64,000 bases of DNA from an uncultured Elusimicrobia bacterium (GTDB lineage Bacteria; Elusimicrobiota; Elusimicrobia; 2-01-FULL-59-12), in contig OY969767.1 of the NCBI GenBank assembly GCA_963702895.1, positions 1,632,001 through 1,696,000 on the forward strand. Reading direction: 5' to 3'. Position 1 is the stretch's first letter, and each line of letters begins with the position of its first letter. The position numbers and the translations under genes were made by a program. The notes under the pieces are model-generated. The model was not told the DNA's origin. It was given only the letters and a program-made list of their open reading frames with translations, and searched no databases. Positions 12,929 through 20,950 of this stretch are shown piece after piece.

Positions 12929-14800
12929 CTATGCAGACGTGCGCAGGCGGCGCGGACGATTAGAAAGTGGGACTTGCCCGCGGAGCCGCTCCAGCCAGCG
13001 CAGCACACTTTGGAAATTGTCCGCCGGGGGAAGTCGGCTGGCCTCGTAATATTCCGTGGGATATCCGCCTTGAGCGCTGTACACCTTAAAATCCGCCGGT
13101 AGCTCGCGGAGCCATGCCGGGGGGATGCGCAATCGTCTGGCCGTCTCGGTTTTGGAGACGTAACCAACAGGCCGTTTGGGTGGAAGATGGGCGGCGAGCG
13201 TGGCTTCCAATTCCACCGCAAGATACTGATGACGAATTCGGCCGTACTGCTCTGTTTGGACCGGCAAGCCCAATCGGTTCGCCACGGCGTGCACCTGGCG
13301 GCGGTGGTAACCGTATTTCTCGGCCAGCGCGCGCAGTGAAATCCGGCGACGATCCGGGTGAAAACGGTGCCGCAGCGCGGCCAGCTCTTCCGGTAAAACC
13401 ACAAAATAAGGACGCCAGGAAAATCCGATCATCCGCGGCGCGACGCGGCCGTCATCCAGAAGATCCCGCAAGGTTTCGTAGTTGATCCCGATCGCAGCGG
13501 CCAGCTCACCTTGGGAAATGGCATGGGGGACCCGCTGGGGGCAAAAGATCTCCCGAAGCACCGGCACCCAGTCCGCCAGGAAAAAAGAATCGGTCCGTTG
13601 CCCGCGGGGAACAGGAAAATACGGCATATCTCCGGACTTTATCAGCTTCGAAATTTCGTCCGTCGTCATCTGCAGCGCTTGGGCCAATTCTCCGATGGTC
13701 AACAGGTCCCTTCGAGGATAAGGCAACGGGGAACGAACTTGCTGGACCGGTGACATTTTGAGTTGACGTTGGAAATGGCGAAGGTCCTTCGGGGACGCCA
13801 CGTAATAGGGCTGGCCGGCAGGACCAATTTGTTCCGGCTGGATGATCTTCCAGGCTATGGCAAAGGCGATGAAGCGCTCCTTTCGGCCCAGCTTGGCGGC
13901 GAGCTCTTCCAGACGGTAGGCGTGCGGCACGCGCTCGGGAGCAAACCGGCGGAGGATCGCCGGCAGGTCCGACCTGAGGAAATACGGGAGGCCCCGCACG
14001 TCCTCGTGGCTCCAAAGCGTTTCGACCGGCCGGAGCGCGCCCGCCTCCACCAGATCGCGAACAACGTAAAGAGACTTTCCGAGAAACTTCGCCAGCTCTG
14101 CGATGCCCACCACCTGATCGGCGGGCGTCTGGAGAACAAACTTGCGCCGCGCGGCCACCGCGGTCTCCCAGAAGAAGAAATCCTCGCTGTATCCCTGAGA
14201 CTGGCGCAAATCGGGGACAACAACCCCTCCCCGGATCGCCTCGTCCACCATCGCCAAATCCTGAAGATCCAGCACAACCCGCAATTCATTGATGGTGACT
14301 AAGGGCTTCAGCGCCACCCGCCGAGCCAAGGTCGCGTAATTAGCAGGATAGCGTATCCAGACCGTTCCCTCGGGCGCCGGTCGAGGGACATCCGTGACCA
14401 ATTCCACAATAGTCTTGTTCTGATCCAGTGCATAGGAAGCCACCAGAAAGGGATCGACCTTGGGCACCGAGGAAGGGCTGGTTGCCGATCGCGCGGCCGC
14501 GCGGCCCGCGCGCGGCCGGCGTTTCTGTGAACGATCGTTGGCTGTATCTCGAATCAGAGCCGGGCCTAGAGTGAAGAGCTGACGTCGCGATGGCCGGGCC
14601 ACGTCGGAACCGTTGTGCCGCATGCCGCGGCTTCCGTCATCCAGGAACGGATGCCGGCTGGACCAGAGGGACGGCAGTTGGAACGCCTCCGAAGCGAGAC
14701 TCGCGCAGGAAAAAGCCTGTGCCCCACCCAAGCGGGCGTCTTTCGGCGCAAGCGGACGGGGAAGAAGGGCAACGGACAGGAGAACGGCCGTCCAGCGCAT
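12929..14800 (-). CDS. Hypothetical protein with a signal-peptide-like N-terminus, several MerR/excisionase-like HTH repeats and a C-terminal LRTSA
   Basis: Repeated HTH-like segments VGIAELAKFLG, YRLEELAAKLG, LTIGELAQALQ, ISQGELAAAIG, VSKTETARRLR; start placed at MRWTAVLLSV. Confidence 0.65.
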   Translation of the reverse strand: MRWTAVLLSVALLPRPLAPKDARLGGAQAFSCASLASEAFQLPSLWSSRHPFLDDGSRGMRHNGSDVARPSRRQLFTLGPALIRDTANDRSQKRRPRAGRAAARSATSPSSVPKVDPFLVASYALDQNKTIVELVTDVPRPAPEGTVWIRYPANYATLARRVALKPLVTINELRVVLDLQDLAMVDEAIRGGVVVPDLRQSQGYSEDFFFWETAVAARRKFVLQTPADQVVGIAELAKFLGKSLYVVRDLVEAGALRPVETLWSHEDVRGLPYFLRSDLPAILRRFAPERVPHAYRLEELAAKLGRKERFIAFAIAWKIIQPEQIGPAGQPYYVASPKDLRHFQRQLKMSPVQQVRSPLPYPRRDLLTIGELAQALQMTTDEISKLIKSGDMPYFPVPRGQRTDSFFLADWVPVLREIFCPQRVPHAISQGELAAAIGINYETLRDLLDDGRVAPRMIGFSWRPYFVVLPEELAALRHRFHPDRRRISLRALAEKYGYHRRQVHAVANRLGLPVQTEQYGRIRHQYLAVELEATLAAHLPPKRPVGYVSKTETARRLRIPPAWLRELPADFKVYSAQGGYPTEYYEASRLPPADNFQSVLRWLERLRGQVPLSNRPRRLRTSA

Positions 14801-14966
14801 GGTTGAGATTAACTGATTCCCGACAACGCATAAAGAGGCCGAAAAGCTATAAAATCGGGACTCGTCGACCCATGGTTCTCGTGGGTCTATCGCCAAGACG
14901 GATGTCTCGGCACCCGTTTCAAGGGGCGAATCAATGGCTGCTAATACCAGCCATTGATCTCCTATT

Positions 14967-14998
14967 TTGGTTAGAGCAGCGGGCGAAGGCTGCGGGTT
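14967..14998 (+). pseudogene. Degenerate tRNA-His fragment upstream of the intact tRNA-His
   Basis: ttggttagagc (D arm) and aggctgcgggtt (T arm; intact gene has aggttgcgggtt) in the correct order. Confidence 0.45.
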
Positions 14999-15141
14999 TG
15001 CTTTCTGTTTCCAACATTCAAATCCTACGCGATCTCGCTTCCCAAAATCTCACCGGCTGAGACTGATCGATTGGCATGTTGTTCTGGTCCGATAGAATCT
15101 AGTACCCTATCATTCGCTTCTTCGTGAGCCAATCCTTTCGT

Positions 15142-15219
15142 GGTGGCTATAGCTCAATTGGTTAGAGCGCTGCCCTGTGGCGGCAGAGGTTGCGGGTTCA
15201 AGTCCCGTTAGCCACCCCA
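15142..15219 (+). tRNA. tRNA-His (GTG) with G-1 and encoded CCA
   Basis: Cloverleaf; anticodon arm ctgcc-ct-GTG-gc-ggcag; T loop gttcaag. Confidence 0.97.
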
Positions 15220-15244
15220 TCGCTCGCCAGACGTCTGGCGAGCG

Positions 15245-15320
15245 ACCTCAAACCTCACATCGAGCACCTCAAATCTTAAAGATTTGCTATGTTCGTTTTG
15301 AGGTTTGAGGTGCCGTTCGA
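15245..15320. repeat. Inverted heptamer arms (ACCTCAA)n/(TTTGAGG)n across the 3' end of the four-helix-bundle gene
   Basis: acctcaa acctcac atcgagc acctcaa ... tttgagg tttgagg tg. Confidence 0.75.
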
Positions 15321-15671
15321 ATTCCGCTTGGCCGTTAGAACCGACTGAGACAAAATGGCGACAAATTCTCCGGCTTCCTGGATCAGACCTGATAGGTCCT
15401 CGGAGACCTGAAACTCTGCCGCGCGGACGAGCTCCAACCAGTAACGCGCCTCCCTTGCCTCTTTCAGTGCAAGCTGCAACTTGTGTAGGAAATCTGCCCG
15501 ACTTTCGGCGGCCCTGGCTTCTTGCAGATGAGCGCCGACAGAGGTTCCGCTTCGAAATAGCTGGTCTCCGAGATGTGCACCGACTTTATTCGCCGGCAAC
15601 TGCGCCATCAACTTCAACATTGCCGCCCCAAACGCTAAATACCGCTCATCAAACTGTTTGTTCCGGTGCAT
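15276..15671 (-). CDS. Four helix bundle protein (TIGR02436 / 23S-IVP-like family)
   Basis: QLFRSGTSVGAHLQEARAAESRADFLHKLQLALKEAREARYWL matches the family signature. Confidence 0.93.
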   Translation of the reverse strand: MHRNKQFDERYLAFGAAMLKLMAQLPANKVGAHLGDQLFRSGTSVGAHLQEARAAESRADFLHKLQLALKEAREARYWLELVRAAEFQVSEDLSGLIQEAGEFVAILSQSVLTAKRNSNGTSNLKTNIANL

Positions 15672-15759
15672 GAATATGCCTCCTTGGATGAATGGCCCTA
15701 CATCCCTTAGATGCGCGAACCGGAAGAATATTCACGGTGGAACTAGAATTTATACGTAA

Positions 15760-15987
15760 AGAAAAGAGTGTGTCCTGCCCGTCAGCCGCAAGACCGATAG
15801 CCTGATCCGGTACGAAGCCACCCTTTTGCGCCAGTTCTACCGGGCCATACACGAACTGGAGCGGCTCCCCGCCACGACATCCCGGCGGGTCCGCCGACGC
15901 CTCAGTGGCGGACAGAGCTCGCGGCGCGGGGTGGCCGTGCCGCCGCCGGTCGCGGTTGACGTAGAGGTTACGTCATCAATCCCCTGA
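15760..15987 (+). pseudogene. C-terminal remnant of a hypothetical protein, with an in-frame 45-nt twin-hairpin insert at 15868-15912
   Basis: Reads LPVSRKTDSLIRYEATLLRQFYRAIHELERL-[PATTSRRVRRRLSGG]-QSSRRGVAVPPPVAVDVEV; no start codon; in-frame stop at 15757-15759. Confidence 0.55.
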
Positions 15988-16268
15988 AAATGGGTTTGTT
16001 TCGCAAAAATGATTGGGCAAATGACGATCTTCGAATTAATAGACTTATTGAAAGTTTCGCGTCTCACTCACGTTACTTCAGGCCATTAAGAAGGGCGGAA
16101 GCTCCCGATCGATGTTTCTGGCGATCAGGGCTTCCAAAGAACTCTCTCTATTTGACTTCTCCTGGACCTATGTCTCCGTGCCATCGGGCCCATGACCTCC
16201 GGACGCTCAATTTGGGCCTTCAGTTACGCAACCCTTTACTCTATACTTATTGTTGACGCGACCTTCTT

Positions 16269-17876
16269 ATGATTCACTTCAAGCGCATCCTCGCGATGCC
16301 ACTAAGCGTGGTGTTGGTATTCCCAGACGTTTCGTCTGCGTGTTCTCGAATCGCTCACAAGAATGAGGTTTCGACAATCGAATCGCTTTTATTCGATCGT
16401 GTGGCTCTCGCCCATCGGGCCGAGTGGGTTCACGTGAATGGTCGTAAACGGCACGAGCCACAAGAACTGCGCGACCTTGCTCGGAAGATTGTTTCTCCGC
16501 AAGTGTTCAATGCACCGCAGTTGCTCTTTGCGGATGCAAGCGAGCATGACAGCCGAGCGCCGTTAAGAGCCGATACCGTCTCTTGGCCGCTGAATGATAT
16601 TCGTCTGGTAATAGACAGAATTAATCAACGAATAGCGGACCTTTTTCCCAAAGGCGATCCGTTGCAAAGACTACGTGAGCGATTGCCCACAATCGGTCAT
16701 CCCATTTACAGGATTGCTGACAGGTCCTTTCTCCTTCACGACATGGCCGTCGCACAAGTTGTTCAAGGACATTTGGGTCCGCTCGGCGAAAGTCCATTAG
16801 TGGGGCTTTATATTGGATCCGGCGGAGATGCCGTTCACTACTATTGGTCTACGAACGCACTCAAGAACCGCTCTTCATTCACCCGGTTCGTTGATATCAA
16901 GTACCGCAACATCACATATGACGATCTTCAAGCAGCCCTATCTGATCCACAAAGATTTATCAAGGAACATCTGAGATTGCGAGATTACCGTGACTTTAAA
17001 CAAGAGAACGGATTCGCGCGGCAAGAGCATCTCGAGAACTTCTACGGTGATACCCCTGGTTTAGGACGTCCGGACCGCCTTTCGATCCTGGCGGCCCTGC
17101 TTCTTGAACTCGAGACAATCGGAATTGATCTAAGAACGATTCAGCCTCTGCGCTTGAACGGCCGCGTGACACTAAGCTGGGGTTCAAATACCGATAAATC
17201 CGCTCACATTCTTCAATTATGGGGTGAAGACATTTCTAAGCTCGAAGACATTCCACCTTATGATGTCTGTTATCAACGCGCCGTCTATGGGCTTTCTAAT
17301 GGTTATGTCAAGGGTGATGAAAGCTATATGCAACGGGTTGTAGATGCATTACCTCCGCACGGGCTACTGGTAACTGATGACTATGCCCTTTCGACAAACA
17401 TCTCCCAAGGTTACATCGACAATGCCGCACACTTCCCCAACGTCCGGCATGGTCGTCCTCTCTCGGTCATTGAAACACCCCAAACGCGGGCTGCTGAAAC
17501 GTTGGTGTTGAACGCGAAGAACAGAATCTCGGATGACCCGCTGCGGAAATATGGTTGGCACGTCCGTGTCCGTGCACGTATCGCTGCCGATGCAGGCAAT
17601 GAAGGCCATGGCGGCTCCGCATTCCTGCAATTCGAGCTGCCTCCAGAGACTGGACCATGGCTCCCGGGGATAATTAGTGCTCGGAATCTAGTATGGTTCA
17701 CAGTTGCCAGTGCGATCGCACTCTGGGCTGGACCCAGCCAGTTAGCATTTGGGATTTGGGCAATCGCCCTTACGATAACCTTATATGAAACCGCCGTCAG
17801 ATTCGGTGTAGGCGCACCGCAGTCCCGCGAGCCAAAGGGCTCGACAAACCTGGTCGCACTTCGCAGTTCAGCGTAG
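16269..17876 (+). CDS. Hypothetical protein with a signal-peptide-like N-terminus, a possible methyltransferase-like core, C-terminal TM segments and a C-terminal LRSSA
   Basis: 535-aa ORF; GLYIGSGGD resembles a SAM-binding loop; visibly lower GC than the core genes. Confidence 0.65.
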   Translation: MIHFKRILAMPLSVVLVFPDVSSACSRIAHKNEVSTIESLLFDRVALAHRAEWVHVNGRKRHEPQELRDLARKIVSPQVFNAPQLLFADASEHDSRAPLRADTVSWPLNDIRLVIDRINQRIADLFPKGDPLQRLRERLPTIGHPIYRIADRSFLLHDMAVAQVVQGHLGPLGESPLVGLYIGSGGDAVHYYWSTNALKNRSSFTRFVDIKYRNITYDDLQAALSDPQRFIKEHLRLRDYRDFKQENGFARQEHLENFYGDTPGLGRPDRLSILAALLLELETIGIDLRTIQPLRLNGRVTLSWGSNTDKSAHILQLWGEDISKLEDIPPYDVCYQRAVYGLSNGYVKGDESYMQRVVDALPPHGLLVTDDYALSTNISQGYIDNAAHFPNVRHGRPLSVIETPQTRAAETLVLNAKNRISDDPLRKYGWHVRVRARIAADAGNEGHGGSAFLQFELPPETGPWLPGIISARNLVWFTVASAIALWAGPSQLAFGIWAIALTITLYETAVRFGVGAPQSREPKGSTNLVALRSSA

Positions 17877-17931
17877 TGCTCTACCGAGCATAAAGCTCAC
17901 CCGAAGAGTTCTATCTTTCAACCAGTCTGGG

Positions 17932-18062
17932 ACCCCAGATTTGGCCACCTCACACCTCACATGTAACACCTGGCACCTGAGAGATCTGGAAGGTCGGCCG
18001 TGTTCGGTCTTGCGCCACTGTGGCTTCGGAGCCCTTACACGCGAAGCGTTGTCGGGGCGGAC
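17932..18062. repeat. ~131-bp direct repeat, copy 1
   Basis: Nearly identical to 18693-18823; contains CACCTCA-type heptamers enclosed by ccagat/atctgg. Confidence 0.9.
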
Positions 18063-18262
18063 CCGCCTATGCTGTAGTGGCGGGGAGGTGTGAGGCTCGA
18101 TTAAGTGGATCCCCCTGGGCATGCCCGGAGAACTCAAGGCGTCTATTTGAGGCTTTCACCTCGTTGGTGAAAAATGCTCCACCAGACCCTGGGCGCTATC
18201 GGAAGATTAGGGTGCCGGCGAGCGTTTGACAAAAGGCCCCGCAGGGACGTACGATCACTCCC

Positions 18263-18637
18263 GTGAAATCGCCGAAGAAACCGTCCAAGGGACCTTCCCT
18301 TCCTTCCCAAGACGAAGCCCGACGCGCCAACGTGCTCATGGAGCAAATGCTGTCGAAGTTCGACACCTTCGGCGAGTCGCTCTCCGCCGTCCGTGAGGAC
18401 GTGAATAGTATGAAACCCGATCTGCACGCCGTCAAAGAGGATGTCGCGGTTTTGAAAACAGCGGTCCGAACCAATGGCCAAGAGATACGCTCCCTGAAAG
18501 AAGCTGTTCAGGGAAATACCGTTGACATCCGCTCTCTAAAAGAGGCCGTCCAGGGGAATACTGAAGCCATCCAATCCATGCAGGCCGACCTCAAAACTAT
18601 CGACCAACGACTCGAAGCGGTCGAAGCCAAATCCTAA
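18263..18637 (+). CDS. Coiled-coil protein with a 14-aa tandem repeat
   Basis: IRSLKEAVQGNT occurs twice, 14 aa apart; upstream TTGACA-18-TACGAT at 18226-18255. Confidence 0.7.
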   Translation: MKSPKKPSKGPSLPSQDEARRANVLMEQMLSKFDTFGESLSAVREDVNSMKPDLHAVKEDVAVLKTAVRTNGQEIRSLKEAVQGNTVDIRSLKEAVQGNTEAIQSMQADLKTIDQRLEAVEAKS

Positions 18638-18692
18638 ATTCGCCTCCCTAAGCCGTCTGCAATAGACAGGTTCTAACCTCGTTCAAGATGCC

Positions 18693-18823
18693 ACCCCAGA
18701 TTTGTCCGCCTCACACCTCACCTGTGACACCTGGCACCTGAGAGATCTGGAAGGTCTGACGTGTTCGGTCTTCCGCCACTGTGGCTTCGGAGCCCTTACA
18801 TGCGAAGCGTTGTCGGGGCGGAC
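18693..18823. repeat. ~131-bp direct repeat, copy 2
   Basis: Nearly identical to 17932-18062. Confidence 0.9.
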
Positions 18824-18952
18824 GGGTCCAAATCCCGTTTGAACCTACCCATGTTGAATCACTGCCAGGAAAGAGTGAGGCCGCTCGACCGGAGCCGGGA
18901 GCATTGACTCCACAATCAAAGCGCGCAATAATTCTGCTTAGGGAGGTCCGCT

Positions 18953-19363
18953 ATGAATTGTCCAAAGTGTAAGACTGCCATACATGAGATGCGCTTGGAA
19001 GGGGTCGATTTCGACTTCTGCTCCTCTTGTAAAGGGATGTGGTTTGATCGGGACGAACTCGCGTTTATGATGGAGTTAAAAAAGGACATCCCTTATATCG
19101 AGAAAATCAAAGAGGCCGCGAAGAGAACGGCTTATGACTGCCCCCGCTGCGGGCAGAAGCTCGAAGAATTAAAATTCGATTCCTTGCACAACCTCTTATT
19201 CGACCGATGTCTGAGCTGCCATGGGATCTGGCTGGATAAAGGTGAATTAGCCAAGGCAGAAAATATTTCTGCTTTCATCGGTGATGCTCGCTCCAAGATC
19301 TTAATGGCTTGTCGACAACTGAGAGATAAGGGGTATCAGATTCTGGGAGTCCGGATTATCTGA
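18953..19363 (+). CDS. Double zinc-ribbon (zf-TFIIB-like) protein
   Basis: CPKC...CSSCKGMWFDRDEL and CPRC...CLSCHGIWLDKGEL; RBS GGAGG. Confidence 0.88.
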   Translation: MNCPKCKTAIHEMRLEGVDFDFCSSCKGMWFDRDELAFMMELKKDIPYIEKIKEAAKRTAYDCPRCGQKLEELKFDSLHNLLFDRCLSCHGIWLDKGELAKAENISAFIGDARSKILMACRQLRDKGYQILGVRII

Positions 19364-19428
19364 CCCATCAAGTTTCAACAGCAGAGACTATTCGCCACCC
19401 CATCACCGCAGCCCTTTACGAAAGCCAA

Positions 19429-19463
19429 GAGCCGGGGCAAATCCCGAGGATCTGCCCCGGCTT
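19429..19463. terminator. Hairpin between convergent genes
   Basis: agccggggca...tgccccggct stem. Confidence 0.55.
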
Positions 19464-19486
19464 GTCATGTCTCTGGATCCCGCGGA

Positions 19487-19891
19487 CTACTTATTACTCT
19501 TGTTTTGTTTGTTGCCTTTGCCTTGGCACATCGGGCAATCGCACCCCATAGGGCACTTGGAGCCGGGTCCTTTGGCTTTCATCTCTTCAAACTTTGCTTT
19601 TTGTTCCTCGGTTAGGATCGCCTTGATCTTTTCGTGGGTTTCCCGACGGACCTGCTGCAGTCGCTCCTGCTTTTCAGCAAGAATAGGCTTGACTTGCGCC
19701 TGCTGCTCGCTCGTCAAATTGAGCTTCTGGGTGAGACGCTCCAGTTGCTCTTCATCCCACTGAGCCATTTTTTCGGCTTTCCCCTGCTTGCCTTCGCCCA
19801 TGCCGCAATGACCACAATGCGCCGAAACGAACGCAGTGCTTAACACCAATAATCCTACGATCCCCAACGATTTGCTTAGCCACTTCATCAT
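19487..19891 (-). CDS. Exported Spy/CpxP-like (LTxxQ) protein with Cys/His-rich ends
   Basis: Signal peptide; LNLTSEQQAQ and ILTEEQKAKF motifs. Confidence 0.75.
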   Translation of the reverse strand: MMKWLSKSLGIVGLLVLSTAFVSAHCGHCGMGEGKQGKAEKMAQWDEEQLERLTQKLNLTSEQQAQVKPILAEKQERLQQVRRETHEKIKAILTEEQKAKFEEMKAKGPGSKCPMGCDCPMCQGKGNKQNKSNK

Positions 19892-20111
19892 GTCTGATCC
19901 TCCCTATTCGATGATACGAGTGTGTACACGAGCGTACTGAAATCCAAGTGCATCAAACTGTTGAACCCACGAGACCACAACATCCATCGAAGCATTTAGT
20001 TCCCATTCCAGCGCTCATAGCCGGTCCAATACCAGAAATGGTAAACTGTCGCGAATTTCGCGTTAGATTTGACCATTTGGCTTGTCTGGGTGTCAGAATT
20101 GGCCCGCTGAA

Positions 20112-20256
20112 TCGGGGCGTCCTGAGGTGTTGTTTTGTTGTCTATCGGGGTGGCGCCGTTGGTCAACTGGCTCGGGGCGTAGCGTCCCTGACGGTCGCCT
20201 AGCGGCGACCGGAGGGACAGTCCCTACACCCGAAGGGTGTGCGGGACGCAGTTGGT
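20112..20256 (+). pseudogene. Series of tRNA-Pro 5' fragments; the last is interrupted by a hairpin insert at about 20185-20248
   Basis: tcggggcgt (20112), cggggtggcgccgttggt (20146), cggggcgtagcg[insert]cagttggt (20173-20256). Confidence 0.8.
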
Positions 20257-20275
20257 GAAAATGCTGCTGCTGGGT

Positions 20276-20348
20276 CGGGGCGTAGCGCAGTTGGTAGCGC
20301 GCCTGCTTTGGGAGCAGGAGGTCCCGGGTTCAAATCCCGGCGCCCCGA
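20276..20348 (+). tRNA. tRNA-Pro (TGG)
   Basis: Cloverleaf; cctgc-tt-TGG-ga-gcagg; flanked by the inverted pair gctgctgctgggt / acccagcagcagc. Confidence 0.97.
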
Positions 20349-20357
20349 CCCAGCAGC

Positions 20358-20797
20358 AGCGCGGTCGCCAGACTTTTGGCGACAGGTCGCCGGTTCATCC
20401 GCCACACAACGGGCGGATGCCCGACTGTAGTGTGTCGGGCAAATCCGGCCGCCCCGAGTTTTTTTCGGGGCCGGGTTCCGCGCCACTACGTCGCTGGCGC
20501 GCCCGCCAGGATGTAGTGGCGGGAAATCCCGGCGCCCCGACCCAGTAGCGACAAAATAGCGCGGTCGCCAGGTGTCTGGCGACAGGTCGCCGGTTCATCC
20601 GCCACACATCGGGCGGATGCCCGATCGTAGTGTGTCGGGCAAATTCGGTCGCCCCGAGCCAGTTGATGGTGCGGTACCGGGTTCATCCGCCAGACAACCG
20701 GCGGATGCCCGCCTGACGTGTGGCGGGCAAATCCCGCCCGCCACTAAAACACGGCGGGCGCCCGCTGCGGTGCAGTAGCGGGCGGCGCCCCGAGCCA
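20358..20797 (+). pseudogene. Four tRNA-Pro 3' fragments, each interrupted in the T loop by a twin-hairpin insert
   Basis: ggttc[insert]aat...cgccccga at about 20384-20457, 20471-20543, 20584-20657 and 20677-20797. Confidence 0.88.
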
Positions 20798-20878
20798 TGG
20801 GGTAAATTTGATTATCGTCCCCGTAGTACAATGCCCGCCACATGTGCCGAGGCGGAGAGCTGTCTATGGGCCGTTATC

Positions 20879-20950
20879 GCGCCCTTAGCTCAATGGATAG
20901 AGCAGTAGCCTTCTAAGCTACTGATAGAGGTTCGATTCCTCTAGGGCGCA
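20879..20950 (+). tRNA. tRNA-Arg (TCT)
   Basis: Cloverleaf; gtagc-ct-TCT-aa-gctac. Confidence 0.96.

Noticed and set aside
15276..15671. Diversity-generating retroelement (Avd-like gene)
   Set aside because: There is no reverse transcriptase, and the differences between the 131-bp repeats are not confined to adenines.
15781..15960. 6S RNA or another long hairpin ncRNA
   Set aside because: The ends can pair, but the region reads as a coherent protein remnant and I see no 6S-like central bubble. An Rfam scan would settle it.
20358..20797. CRISPR array
   Set aside because: The repeated parts are tRNA-Pro pieces with irregular spacing, the intervening parts are related hairpins and not unique spacers, and no cas genes are present.
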